A stretch of DNA of 64,000 nucleotides from Pseudovirgaria hyperparasitica (taxonomy: Eukaryota): assembly GCA_010093815.1 (NCBI GenBank), contig ML996572.1; one strand, given 5' to 3'. How positions within the stretch are numbered: position 1 is the stretch's first letter; each line of letters begins with the position of its first letter. A model generated the notes under the pieces. The model searched no databases. It was not told the DNA's origin and saw only the letters and a list, made by a program, of their open reading frames with translations. Of this stretch, positions 1 through 12,080 are shown piece after piece. A program made the translations under genes and the position numbers.

Positions 1-235
1 TCGAGGATGCCAAAGAATAATGAATGTAATAGTGAAATCACCACGAGTGTGGACCTCAATCGCACATTAAGATAGACACAATGGTGGCAAATGATGCAAA
101 TATAACAACGATGAAGTCTTAGACCCATATTGTCAATTTTTATGGATAATTTCGTGCTGTTGCTAGGCCTAGACTACTAGACGTTCACCCTTCACTTGTC
201 GTAGGACAAAACGACCCGATATTCATGGTCGAGAC

Positions 236-911
236 TTACAACTGACCACAGTCGGAAATGACAATCTTCTGCTTTGTCTGGCCGCTCTTGCTGCCCTGTC
301 CTTCAATAGCCTTGACTACGTCCATACCTTCAATGACCCTACCGAAGACGACGTGCTTGCCATCGAGCCAACTGTTCATCATGAGTCAGTCAGTGTCATG
401 TGTACTATGGATTCTGCGCATTGCATAACATGTGGACTGAATGAAGGAGAAATCTGAACAGGCCAGGATGACACTCACCCAGTTGTCTCAGTGCAGATGA
501 AGAACTGGCTGCCGTTGGTGTTTGGCCCAGCATTAGCCATACTCAGTATTCCAGGGCCGGTGTGTTTGCTTTTGAAGTTCTCATCGGCGAACTTCTCGCC
601 ATAGATGCTCTTGCCACCAGTGCCGTCTCCTCTGGTGAAGTCACCGCCCTGAAGCATGAATTGAGGAATGACACGATGGAAGGTCGAGCCCTTGTAACCA
701 AATCCTTTCTCGCCAGTGCACAGAGCACGGAAATTCTCGGCAGTCTGTTGGTCCCTCAAAGTCAGCACACAATTCCAAGGGTCAATCAAGTAAGAATACA
801 GGGGATATATCTTGCCTTTGGCACTACGTCGTTGTCCAGCTCCATCACGATACGCCCGAAGGGTGTACCACTGGCGCCAGTTACCTGGAAGAAGACCTGA
901 GGCTTAGACAT
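236..911 (-). CDS. CPR1: Peptidyl-prolyl cis-trans isomerase, cyclophilin A type (3 exons: 911-816, 744-479, 371-236)
   Basis: Spliced product MSKPQVFF...[54 protein letters not shown]...[16 protein letters not shown]...[10 protein letters not shown]...SDCGQL* carries all cyclophilin signature motifs. Intron 1 is GC-AG, intron 2 is GT-AG. Confidence 0.96.
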
Positions 912-1698
912 TTTGTTCACGTTGATGAGAGATGAATTGATGCGAAGATAGATTGTAGCGAAGTCGGGATGAAGGTTTTTAAGGTATTGTTGGGCGATGG
1001 AGGAAGGCACTCACTGCTCATTGGTCAGTGCAGGCGGGGTACCCCTCTAGAAATGGGCTGCGTCATTTGCATTCTTTTCAGCTGAGACCGGCGGCGACGG
1101 GAGCTCCAAACCCGACGCCGCTGAAACTTCGGGTGATGTAAATGAAGCCTAACACTTCAGCAGCGAATATGTTCAATCCAGAAAGCGTTGTAGCTTCAAT
1201 CTTCAATGTCATATTCCCTTGGTACAAGATCCATCCTAAGATGCTCACGGAGATTATCATATTTGGACCTAAATACCACTTCAAATTAAGACTCGCTATT
1301 CATAACACATCAAGAACCTAGTCAGGTTGCATTGCACATTACAGGGACGCTGAATATGAGCCAATATTATGCTGTCTGCCAGATAAACCACCCGATGAAA
1401 TAACATCGCAAACCATGCATCATAGTTCAAATGCTGAACGATTTCCCCTCAACACCTACGAAGCAGCAACTGACCAATACAAATAATCCCACAACCACAG
1501 GGAAGACAACGCTGTAGACAGAAGGCTAAATAGGTATTCGACGTCGCTAAGCAGTGCCTGGAAGCCAATGGGTTGAACGTTGCTTGAGTTCGACGGAGAT
1601 CATATAGTAATCGCATCATGAATCGAAGGGAAGGCTTGGTACCATACCATGAGTCGAAGTGCGGAAGCCTTGGATAGCAGCTCCACAACGCCTACAAG

Positions 1699-4267
1699 TC
1701 AGTCACTTGTAGTCGGGGAGCACGGGCCGTCCGCCTCTTTCGTTATTTCTTCCGTGACAGCGAGATGCTCTGGCATTTCTCTAAGGGGTATAGGCTTGCC
1801 CGGCGGGGGACTTTTAAGGTGTTCGATTTCGACGAGCGATCCGCGGCGGAGATTATCTAGTTGCTCGTCCGGGTTCTTAAATATTTATCCAATCAGCGTT
1901 TTGTTCAATGTATGACGTGACGCGTCAAATCTGATGGGAATTGAGTCGTAGACTGGGTGCAAGCTTGGATACAGGACGCAAATGTTCGGGGAGGGTATAA
2001 TAATGATAAGCAGGTGGAGGGTGCAAGCTGAGTGGTAGAAGCTGCGGTGATGTTGGCGGACTCGAGCCTTCTGATTCGAAGGCATCCTCATTCTGTGCAA
2101 TGCCAGGTGCTTCCACTTCTTCAATCGCAACTGAAACTGGTTCAGTGGAAACATCAGGGGCGTGCTCAACTGTGGTCACACGAGACACAACGTTGGCAGA
2201 ATCAAAGAGTGGTGGATTCGATGCGTTGAAGGAGGATTCATGAGATGTAAAACCGCACTGAGGACAAACAAACAGCTTTTCACGTACCCAGTCGGTCTGA
2301 TCTGGCACTCCGTCTGCAGCTGGTAGTGCTCCAGTCTCATCTCTCTCTTCACCCCAGAATGTCGGTCTTCGTATGGGAGCCGGCGTGACTGGCAGACTCG
2401 GTCGCTCAATAGCTGTTGGGAAATCAGTTAAAATCAGGCTCTCTCTGCGCTGTGCGGTATCAAGCGGCGGTGATAATATCTGACCTTCGGTTGAAGGTAT
2501 CTGGATCGCCATTGACTTGTTCTTCCTTGGAGACTGTTGTTCCATAACGGAGCGAATATAGTTCTCTATACCTGGCACCGCGTCCCAGGCATTCACAGAT
2601 CGGTTGTTGAACGACTGCCACGTCTCTGTGGAAGATTTATGGGTTGTCGAAGAAGCCGATGGCACCGCGTCGACCTCAAGTTCAGATGTCATCGATAAAG
2701 ACTGCCATGGCGTCGAATGAGGTGACGGTTGGTCGTCTGCAAATACACGAGTTGCCTTAGGCACTATACGATCTTTCTCCCACGGAAAAATGGGTTTAGG
2801 TCGTTCTTCTGCGGCTGGTTTTTCCTGCGGGACCTCATACCACATATCTTTAGGCGGTTCCGGATATGACTTGGGTGGTTGAAACAATTGCCTGCTGTCG
2901 TTGAAGGTATACTGCTGGACGGGGAAATCCATGGCCTCCGGCCTAGACTCGGCTGGCGGGGCGGATCTGGTGTCCATGTTGTGAGTGGGGTGTACACATA
3001 TTAAACGTCATGCTGATTTACGAACCTGGTTGCATCCCATTCCATCTGTGGGGCTGAAAACTCGCGAGGCTTGGGTTCAGAACGCTCCTCCCGTAAGTCA
3101 TCGGTTAGCACTTCTGCGTTGTCAGAAGGATTCGGCAGTGGCTCTTCTATAGAAGGTGGCGCATCACCCTCTGGCGATGCTTCATGGGGCGAGAGTACTA
3201 CAGGTTCGGATTGGACGTTAGCCCGTTCCTTACTGGTGTCATCCGATTCGCTTTCTTTGGCCGTCGCTACAGTGTGTGAAGCCGGGGGCGCAATCTAAGA
3301 TGGTCAGAAGATATACAAATCTGAACATAGGTTCCTAACTCACAGGGGGCTTCGAATGCCGGTCGTATACAGCCCACCAATGGCTCAAAAGCTCATTATA
3401 TACTCCAGGTCCAGACGCTGACTGCCGCGCTTTCATCCAGGGCTTCTGCTTTCCGATGAAATGTACCATCTTGATGTCTCTCTTATAATGACGATAGGCC
3501 GGCTCCCACTGATATTGCGCGTTGGGAGTAGTATTGTACGTGAACGAGAGTCGCTGCCAGTCTCTATGCTCATAGTATTGGTTCAACAGGCCTTGATCTG
3601 CTCCGTCGAAGCTGTCGCCGGACGCTGCCATAGTCTGCAGCGCCCAATACTCGCCCATATCTGGTGTCAGGACCATGACCCCAGAGTTGAAAGCGTCTGG
3701 CCAGCCTACATCAGGGGCTGCGGCAAAGGGTGCGTCAATCTCGAATAATTCGTCTGGAGCCCTGAGCGCCACGATATCTGCATCCAGATAGACGATCTTT
3801 CTAAACTGAGTCTGCCGCCAGAGGTATATTTTTGTGAACGCAAAAGAAAGATCAGCGCGGTCCATAAGGTACAGGTTTTTGGGATTTGGGTTGCGAATGC
3901 GGTCGACCGTAATTAGATAATCGAATAGTTCCTAATAAAACAGTGAGTGTGGTACAATCGCCGCCCGTGGGAGACTGACCTTAAGCTCGGCAATCGTGGC
4001 TGCCGATAGTGTGTCCAACGTAATGAGCGCGGCCAGTTTCTTCTTGGTTCCAGCATCTCGTAACGAGTGGGCGAGCACCGCAGCCCCTGCGATATGTGAT
4101 TAGTATTGTGGCGAGTCTCAATTATGCCTCTGAAGCTCTTTGCATGTGGTACCTTTGAGGTAGTTGTCGCTCATAACAAGCTGTGACGGATCAGCACATG
4201 CAAGCGTTTCGAAGGTCTTGAGCAAGTCACTTACCGTACAGTAAACATCCTCTCCCATTGTCGCCAT
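1699..4267 (-). CDS. GLG1: Glycogenin (GT8 self-glucosylating initiator), multi-exon, with long fungal C-terminal extension
   Basis: Starts MATMGEDVYCT; motifs FTKIYLWRQTQFRKIVYLDAD, AAPDVGWPDAFNSG, SFDGADQGLLN, HFIGKQKPW. C-terminal PKPIFPWE and DFPTAIERPSLPVTPAPIRRPTFWG. Last exon 1875-1699 (NPDEQLDNLRR...) is inferred from a GTACGT donor at 2287 and an AAG acceptor at 1876. Confidence 0.9.
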
Positions 4268-4944
4268 TCTGGCAAGCGACTTAGTGTATAGACAAGAATT
4301 GATAGATTCGAAGAGGATCGCAGTGCCGCTTGGATCGAGGGTCCATGGATGTAATAGTTAGGTTCATAGTACAGTCCACGGTTGGACTAGCAACCTTTCA
4401 GACCCACCCGTAGCATTTCCCACCGCAAGGATAGTGAAGATCGTCAGTGGAGCTGCTCACGCACGCGGGAACGTCCCATTCTAATTTCGCGAGCTTGTTA
4501 GGAACAAATTTGCGGTTCTATTGAACCCTGGAAAGAGATTGGAGCAATAACATTTGAACAATGAAGTTCCTACCACAGTCTTGGCTACGAGCCTGTTGTG
4601 AACGCATGGAGTTGGCATCTCGTTTGGTTATACCGCTTGTACTCAGTGCACATCTTCACGACGATTGTCTGGCATCTTACATACAATGTCACTGGTGTAA
4701 TGCTTATGTGCATACGTTTTATTGCATATTAGCCTAGCCGTACGGCCTAGCTCTCCCGGACGAAATTGAAGCTTGCATGCCTGACTACTGCCCACGCACG
4801 CGCTGGGTAAGTAAGACATCGAGCTTGAATTGTTATTGTGCAAATTGAATCGCCCATCTGCGTGCCTGAGGACTTTAGTCAAGGAACAGTTGAGAGGTAT
4901 GCGGACCTGAGACACAATATGGTATCATGCGCAACGCTACGGGG

Positions 4945-6011
4945 CTACCATATAAGTGGAATCATATTCGCTTTCCCTCTAACACTCTCCTGACCCCATG
5001 TACAGATCCAGAATTGTCTTGTGCCTATGGCTGTCACGCCAAGGTTCACTGTTACGAACACCAAACCGCAAGCCACAGTCCAATTGACTACATTTCCGCG
5101 TGGTGCGGATAGGATGGTTAGACTAGTGTATATTAAGACCTCAAAGAAGTAATGAGGCGTTACAGACATGGAGAACGTAGGATGTGTCGGACGAGTGTAG
5201 ACGACTGATGAACCGGGGTATCTAGGTAAACTGTAGAGATACTTGTGCGTTACGTATTGCAGTCCAGAAGCAAGCAGAAATAGAGGTATAAAGACGACGT
5301 TACGGCCACTTGGTGTGATGACATAAGTGATTGATCGGCCAGCTCCTGACATTTGTTTATCATGTTGCAGGTGATGGAACCTCTCCTCCTGGATCATGGT
5401 TGGTATGCCCTCGATCCAGATAGCCAGCCCGATGCCGACGTAGAACAACAGCCCGAGCGCCCAGTGCCCTACCCACATGGTCGACTTCGATGAGCGTGAG
5501 AAGACGAGGCTCTCGTAAAGACGGCGCGATCCCTGAACGCAGAGTAGCATCCAGGCGAGCACAATGCTTTCGAAGCTCATGGCTGGACGACGGCTGGAAA
5601 GACTTGCATGTTGGGCTATGTTATTAAATATTGATCCTTGGGTCAAGAGCTGTTGCGCCCATACTAAAGAGCCAACTACAGAGACAATGTAGAAGTGTGT
5701 AAAGTAGTTGTGAGGCACACGATAGGCAGCGAGACGGTCGAGGATCGCAATATAGTGATTGGCACGGTTCGAAGATGCGTCGATTGGAGGTACGACAGAC
5801 GAACGAGGACCATACGCAAGGAGTCGATTGCGTAGTAGAGGAATAGCATACACCAAGAGTACCTATTCATGATCAGGGCCTCGGGGAATCGGTCGAGAAC
5901 TCAAAGAACACTTACAAAGGCAGAGCCGGCCAGGAAGGCCGCACGTATCGCAATGGCAGGATCTATCCCAAGCGGAAGAACATTCACTCTACGAGGGGCT
6001 GGGTCGGCCAT
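4945..6011 (-). CDS. DFG10: Polyprenol reductase / steroid 5-alpha-reductase family membrane protein (2 exons)
   Basis: Motifs LLAYGPR, VPHNYFTHFY, QGSRRLYE, SKSTMWVGHW, PHYFFEVLIY, VTVNLGVTA, MIPLIW*. First exon MADPAPRR...AGSAF ends at a GTAAGT donor. Confidence 0.9.
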
Positions 6012-6479
6012 GTGTCGAGATCGATTGCAACAACGCTAGGTTCTGAACAAGCGCATGGATGTTTCATGCTGTTTATACACGAAGCGTTAAGAGTTTCAAT
6101 GGACGAGGTGTCAACACTTAAGATATGGTTTGGTATTAGGTGGTTAATTACCACGGGAAATCTCTGGGTAGATAACGTTAGAGTTCCAAGGTAGAGGCCA
6201 AAGGCGCGCTAGTGGCTGCCTGCTCAGCTTGAACTTCGCTCTTGAGTCTGTTGGCTATCATCCCCTACACCAAACACACCTACGACGAGATCTTGCCCGA
6301 CTCCAATCCATGACCGCGCCATCATCGGAATTTATAGCACTATCTCCTATCGTCTACACGTAGACAGATATACTCGCAGGCGCGTCGCCACTGCGCATCC
6401 TTAAAATAATCGGACCGTCTGCATATTACACGATGTACGGAGCAGAGAACGTGCTCGACATCACATCAATACGAACGCT

Positions 6480-9400
6480 ATGCCTGAGAATGACACGAAC
6501 GACAATGCCACGGCTCCTCATGGCACCAATATCGACGACACTTCAGGAGACGACGACGTAGAACAGCACACACATAAGATCATCCCAGTCAGTCTATCCA
6601 GTGCGATTGACGTAACAGCATCAGGCAATGCTAGACAGATTGCTAATATCAGCGGTATTCAGAGCGCACCAGAAGAGACCACGCATGACTCGGAAGCGGA
6701 AACTGAAAAGCTGTCTGATGTCGATGCAGAGACCGATGAAGATGCTGTGGGTTCTTCGATACAGGACGAAGAGAGCGAGACAGAGGATGCTAGCGGACAA
6801 CGAGTCACGCGAGCTTCTGTCGAAAAGCCATCGCACGGAGAGAACGAAGCAGACGAACGTAAAGACGAGAGGGCGAATGGACGCGATTCCCATGGTAGTC
6901 CGTCAAGCTCCACACGGCGACGAAAGAGCTCTGGTGCAGCTTCGAACGCCATGAGTTGGTCAAGCAGTGCGCAATTCAAAGAGGACACGCGTCGAAGTCC
7001 AACCGAGGCCACGAGTTCACCACGGCCTCGTAATGCTTTTTCACCTTCAGTGGCTTCTGGGCGACGCGATAGGAGCAATTCTATACCAGAATCTCGAAAA
7101 CGGAAAGCGCGAGACGAAGGACATATCCGTAACCTTGAACCTCCTAGGCAGCGTCACAAAACAGATGGCGCTGTACGCGAACTTTCAAATCCTCGGCAAC
7201 AACAGCCACAGTCAAGCCTGTCGAGTACGACAGCTGCATCCCGACAACACAGACGATCTGCTTCCACGCAATCTGCAGTGCAGGGTTCTTCCTCCACTCA
7301 AGGCCGAAAGCGACGCGATGCTTCTAATCTTATTATCAGTACGCACGATCATAGAGCTTGGTCTTCACATTCTAGTTCGGATGAAGACTCTTCTCCTCGT
7401 CGACCCTCGCAACCGAAGCTCCAGCATATGCGCCTCAAGAGATCATCCCATAGATCGCTCACCTCACCTGCAAGGACGATGCCAAAGAAAGATACTGACA
7501 AATTCGGCGCAACCAAGCTTGCACGAGAAGCTGAGCGAGGTGACCTCAAATCAGTCATTGCCGCGTACAACGAGAAAAATGACGACTTGAATCGTCCTGA
7601 TTTTGCTGGATTCACACCACTCCAGAAGGCCGCTCTCAATGGGTATGATGACGTCGTAAAGTTCCTCATTGACAAAGGGTGCGACACGTCATGCCAATCA
7701 GGTGATCGTGATACTCCACTTATTGATGCGGCGGAAAATGGCCATATCGAGGTTGTGAGGCTCTTGTTGCGTCAGGGGAAAGTTAATCCACATCATCAGA
7801 ACAAGAAGGGTCAGCGCGCAATCGACGTGTTGAAAGACGGTAGTGACTTCGAGGAGCTTGAGAAGGAACTCAAGGAAGCTATGTTGAGGGAGGCCGACAC
7901 GAGCGCAAACAAGGAAGAAGACAAAGCCAATCTACCCAGTAAACAAGCATCAAGTCTGCTCTACAATGAGTATAACGTTGAGACTATGAAGGATAAAGCC
8001 GCTGAGGGCAATGTGCAGCTTGTCGGGGAGTTGCTTGAAAGTAGAGTAAAGCCTAACATAGCTTGCGGGATTGCTGCTGCTCGTGGAGGTCACGATGATA
8101 TCCTCAGTCTATTCCTTGCTGAGGGACTGAAAGCAGACCCCGATCCCGCCAAACACAGCGAAACCTACATGACAGTCGCCATCGGGAGAGGTCACCTCAG
8201 AGTCATAGAGCTTCTACTCAATCAAGAAAATTTCGATCCGACACGAGAGAATCGTGAAGGCCTCAATTACTGGCAGTTGGCTGAACAACGACGGGGTCCA
8301 AAATGGGAACAAGAGCGGAGCCTACTGAAAGAAAGGTACGATGCATATTTGAACAAGAGAAGCCCTAATAGATCACGAAAACATGCTCCTGCTTCATCAA
8401 ACTCACCACCGCCCGCTCGAACGAAGCTAGCACGCCGATCGTCGCCGCAGCCAACCGATCGATCATTATCCCCTGTATCTGCGAAGCATCGTCGATCACA
8501 AATAGAGAAGCAAAGTGTTGAAGCGCCTAGAACTAAAATGTCATCTAACAAAGAGTACTTGAATCAGCGCGATTACAAACGAAGGCGCCGTGTAGTTGAC
8601 GAAGAATCTTCGGAAGAGGACACGAAAGATAATCGGCTTTTGAAAAGAGTTGTTTCGAAGGACCGTGCCGCAAGCGAGGGTGAACACGAGCGATCAAGCA
8701 AGCTACAGTCGCAAAAGGTTACCGAGCAGCGGAAGAGTTCCTTGAAGCCTTCGAAGCAATCAGAAGCCAAATCAGATGACAGTGATGTCGAAGCTCGTGC
8801 GCGAGCTCAAAGAACAGGACGGCAGCGAAGGTCCGCTGAGCCCTCAACATTCGCCATTACGCGGTCTATTCAACCTACACCAGACGCAAGCTCAGATATT
8901 GAGTCGCGGAAGATAACCAAAGGGAACACAGTCTCTGGCCCGGCCAAAGTCAAGAGTGAGCGTCCGGACTCGCCAGCCTTACAAGGCAGGACTGATAAAC
9001 AATCTTCCTCCCGCGACTTTGGTGCGCCGAGTGAATCCCGTAAACCGAAGCCGTCATCACGAACCCCATCACCAGTACGAGAAGCTCGATTTGCTGAAGC
9101 GAGAAGGAAGGAAGAAGAGCTGCAACGCGAAGCCGACAAAGCTCGTCTCAAGAAAGAAGAAGACGAAGCTAGGCAGAAAGAAGAAGCCACCCGAAAAAGA
9201 GAAGAAGCAGAAGCTCGTAAGAGGGAAGAAGCAGAAGCTCGTAGGAGAGAAGAAGCAGAAGCTCGTAGGAGAGAAGAAGCAGAAGCCCGCGAGAGAGAAG
9301 AAGCAGAAGCTCGCAGGAGAGAAGAGATCCGGCTTCAACAAGAAGAAGATCGTCGCCGTGAAATCGCTGAACAGCAACGTGTCGCCAGGCTAGAAGCTGC

Positions 9401-10235
9401 TGCTGCCCGCATCGCACGATTGGAAAAGCTACCCCCTACTCTAAAAAGTGCATGCGAAAAGGGTCTAGATCGTCCAGTCTACTTCGACAACGACACGATT
9501 GGTATTATACCCCTCTGGTTCCCCGTATATGTCTTTCCTAGTCAATACATAAATCCGACGTTGACGAGCGATGATATGTGGATGCATTCGTTCCAATGTG
9601 TGGGCATCCTGGGTCTTCCAGAGCTGGACATCTCGGAGTTTTTCCCAACTTGGGAAAAATACACAGTTACAGACCGCCAACGAGACCACCTAGTTCAAAG
9701 CTGGGACATGGCGCCCCTTGCACAAGAACTGCAGTATCCGGTACCCGGTATGGCTAGTTTTAATTGCAACGAAATCGAGAACAAAATCTCCGAAACCCGC
9801 GGCAAGTTCAAGACCATGAACCCCTTGTATTGGATCAAATTTTCAGACTTCGAACGAGAGCTTCGAGATGGTGGGAGGGATCTCGCATACCAGACGAATG
9901 GCACAGTCAAATCTGAAATTATAAGTGATGAATATCCGACCCTCGAAGCTTTGGAAGCGAACCCTAATGGTTCCACACTTGAGCAGACACTCATGGAATC
10001 AAGTTCTCGAGAACGAGCGAAAAGAACTCGAGACCAATTACGCGCACACAAGTTTCAGCCCGTTCAAGGCATACACACCGGAGAGATGGTACCCAAGACT
10101 GGCTCGGAAGTCAAGACCGTCAACGGTGTCAAAGGTCTCAATGGTAACACGAGCTCACGTGGCACTAACGGAGCGTCGCTGAAGCCCAGGAAAAGCTTAA
10201 AAGATCTGATCAGGGACAGTACTTCTACAGTCTAG
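6480..10235 (+). CDS. Large ankyrin-repeat protein with low-complexity and E/R/K-rich helical regions (Hos4/Set3C-subunit-like by architecture)
   Basis: 1251-aa uninterrupted ORF with ankyrin repeats (DFAGFTPLQKAALNGYDDVVKFLIDKG; DRDTPLIDAAENGHIEVVRLLL; VAIGRGHLRVIELLL) and a charged EEAEARRR repeat region. Confidence 0.85.
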   Translation: MPENDTNDNATAPHGTNIDDTSGDDDVEQHTHKIIPVSLSSAIDVTASGNARQIANISGIQSAPEETTHDSEAETEKLSDVDAETDEDAVGSSIQDEESETEDASGQRVTRASVEKPSHGENEADERKDERANGRDSHGSPSSSTRRRKSSGAASNAMSWSSSAQFKEDTRRSPTEATSSPRPRNAFSPSVASGRRDRSNSIPESRKRKARDEGHIRNLEPPRQRHKTDGAVRELSNPRQQQPQSSLSSTTAASRQHRRSASTQSAVQGSSSTQGRKRRDASNLIISTHDHRAWSSHSSSDEDSSPRRPSQPKLQHMRLKRSSHRSLTSPARTMPKKDTDKFGATKLAREAERGDLKSVIAAYNEKNDDLNRPDFAGFTPLQKAALNGYDDVVKFLIDKGCDTSCQSGDRDTPLIDAAENGHIEVVRLLLRQGKVNPHHQNKKGQRAIDVLKDGSDFEELEKELKEAMLREADTSANKEEDKANLPSKQASSLLYNEYNVETMKDKAAEGNVQLVGELLESRVKPNIACGIAAARGGHDDILSLFLAEGLKADPDPAKHSETYMTVAIGRGHLRVIELLLNQENFDPTRENREGLNYWQLAEQRRGPKWEQERSLLKERYDAYLNKRSPNRSRKHAPASSNSPPPARTKLARRSSPQPTDRSLSPVSAKHRRSQIEKQSVEAPRTKMSSNKEYLNQRDYKRRRRVVDEESSEEDTKDNRLLKRVVSKDRAASEGEHERSSKLQSQKVTEQRKSSLKPSKQSEAKSDDSDVEARARAQRTGRQRRSAEPSTFAITRSIQPTPDASSDIESRKITKGNTVSGPAKVKSERPDSPALQGRTDKQSSSRDFGAPSESRKPKPSSRTPSPVREARFAEARRKEEELQREADKARLKKEEDEARQKEEATRKREEAEARKREEAEARRREEAEARRREEAEAREREEAEARRREEIRLQQEEDRRREIAEQQRVARLEAAAARIARLEKLPPTLKSACEKGLDRPVYFDNDTIGIIPLWFPVYVFPSQYINPTLTSDDMWMHSFQCVGILGLPELDISEFFPTWEKYTVTDRQRDHLVQSWDMAPLAQELQYPVPGMASFNCNEIENKISETRGKFKTMNPLYWIKFSDFERELRDGGRDLAYQTNGTVKSEIISDEYPTLEALEANPNGSTLEQTLMESSSRERAKRTRDQLRAHKFQPVQGIHTGEMVPKTGSEVKTVNGVKGLNGNTSSRGTNGASLKPRKSLKDLIRDSTSTV
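9197..9325 (+). repeat. Coding 24-bp tandem repeat (about 5 copies) encoding REEAEARR/K
   Basis: Repeated unit agagaagaagcagaagctcgtagg with minor variants. Confidence 0.85.
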
Positions 10236-10740
10236 TTCGATGCCTGTGTAAGAACGCTTCGCACTGTATGTCTTTGTCTGCGGGCCTTTCTGAGTCTAGA
10301 GAGTATATACCTTCCCACTTCGGATGTGATCATGCCAGTAGCCAAAAAACGAATTCCAACTCATCTTGTACAAACACACCTTGTTTAGGAGACTTTTGAC
10401 ATCAAGGAATTGGTGTGTACATTCAATATGTGATAGATAACACAGCGGGCGATCGATGACTAAATATGACACCCTTGTCGACTCGCCTGATCCACCTACG
10501 GAAGTAGGTGAACTACTCGTCGGGTCGTACCACCATTCAGATCTGACCCCGCACTAATAAGGGATGGATATATTTACGATTTACTAAGGCAGCTTTGTTC
10601 GAGTGATGTAAGACCCCACTAAACACGGGTCAAACGCCGACAGAGGGCGGCTTTCAAATACCACTTCTTTCTTTCACTTTCTTAGGCCATTGCACCTCCT
10701 CCATCATCTGTATCGCAGAACTTATACCTCAAAAACCACA

Positions 10741-12080
10741 ATGTCTAGTCCCCCTCAAACAATTCGATGGGGAATCCTCGCTACGGGTGGAATCGCTCAG
10801 ACCTTGTGAGCCTACATGTACGCAGCTAAGGTATGAATTAAACCTAACGTCGGCTACAGCACCCGCGATCTCCTTGTTGATCCTAGCACCCGTGGTGTAC
10901 ACAATATCAAGCATACAGTCGTAGCGGCATCGTCCTCCTCCTCCACTTCTCGTGCCCAGGACTTTCTGGAAGAGGTTGGTGCGCCATCTGATGCGAAAGC
11001 CTATGGTTCCTATGAAGAATTTGTCAAAGACCCCAATATCGACATTGTGTAGGTGTCAAAGGCTTAGAACAGATAATCCAACAACTGACACATTGTAGCT
11101 ACGTAGCAACACCGCACAGCCACCATTATCAAAACGCCCGATTGTGTCTAGAAGCGGGCAAGAATGTTCTTTGTGAGAAGGCATTCACCGTGAATGCTGC
11201 ACAGGCGAGGAAACTTGTTGATATAGCTAAGACCAAAAACCTCTTTCTCATGGAAGCAGTCTGGACACGCTATTTTCCCCTAAGTATCTGGGTTCGCGAG
11301 ACGATCACATCCGGAAAACTCGGTCCTATTGCACGTGTGACAGCAGATAATAGCATGGCACTTAACCCTGAACAGAATTTTCCGGACGGTAAACACAGGA
11401 TGGTCAATCCCGACCTAGCTGGTGGAGCTCTACTCGATCTTGGCATATATTCACTCACTTGGCTCTTCCAATCTCTATATACTACACAGGATCCAAAAGA
11501 AAGACAGAAACCGGTGGTGCAGGCGATACAGAAGATATACACAGGCCCGAACGTTGACGGTAGAAGTTCCGACGAACACTCTTCCATTGTCATCAGCTTC
11601 CCAAGAAGCAAAGATGCTGGTGGCGATGCCCATGGGATCGCTACAACCAGCTTGGTCGTTGCAACTGATCCTGTCCCTGGGGAGCATAGCATACCGTCGA
11701 TCCGAATCCAAGGACCAAGAGGGGAGATACAAGTCTTTCCACCAGCGTTTCGGCCTACGAGGGCGAAGCTGATTATATCAAATGGCCCTGATGGGAAGCC
11801 GGTGGTAGAAGACAAAACTTTTCCCCAGCCTGGTCCAGGTTCTGGCAGTGGTTGGACCAATGGCTTCGGTTCGGACCGTAATGCAGAGGGTGAGGGTCAT
11901 GGTATGTTCTGGGAAGCAGACGAAGCAGCCAGGTGTATTCTTTCTGGACAACAAGAAAGTGCAACGCTCAGCTGGGACGAGTCTATCATTATCATGGAAA
12001 CCATGGACAAGGTTCGTGAGTATGGGGGGAGTAGATTTCCAGAGAAAATCGAGACACTGGATTTTCCAGTCGCACTTTAG
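10741..12080 (+). CDS. Gfo/Idh/MocA-family NAD(P) oxidoreductase (dimeric dihydrodiol / D-xylose dehydrogenase type), 3 exons
   Basis: MSSPPQTIRWGILATGGIAQT start; YVATPHSHHYQN, GKNVLCEKAFTVNA, FLMEAVWTRYFP, LAGGALLDLGIYSL, GMFWEADEAARC. Confidence 0.92.

Noticed and set aside
912..1010. In-frame N-terminal extension of cyclophilin (possible mitochondrial isoform)
   Set aside because: The extension begins at GTG, not ATG, and lacks a convincing presequence; unsupported without transcript data.
1078..1284. Short hydrophobic ORF (68 aa)
   Set aside because: Non-ATG start, no recognisable motif, and it lies in the cyclophilin promoter region.
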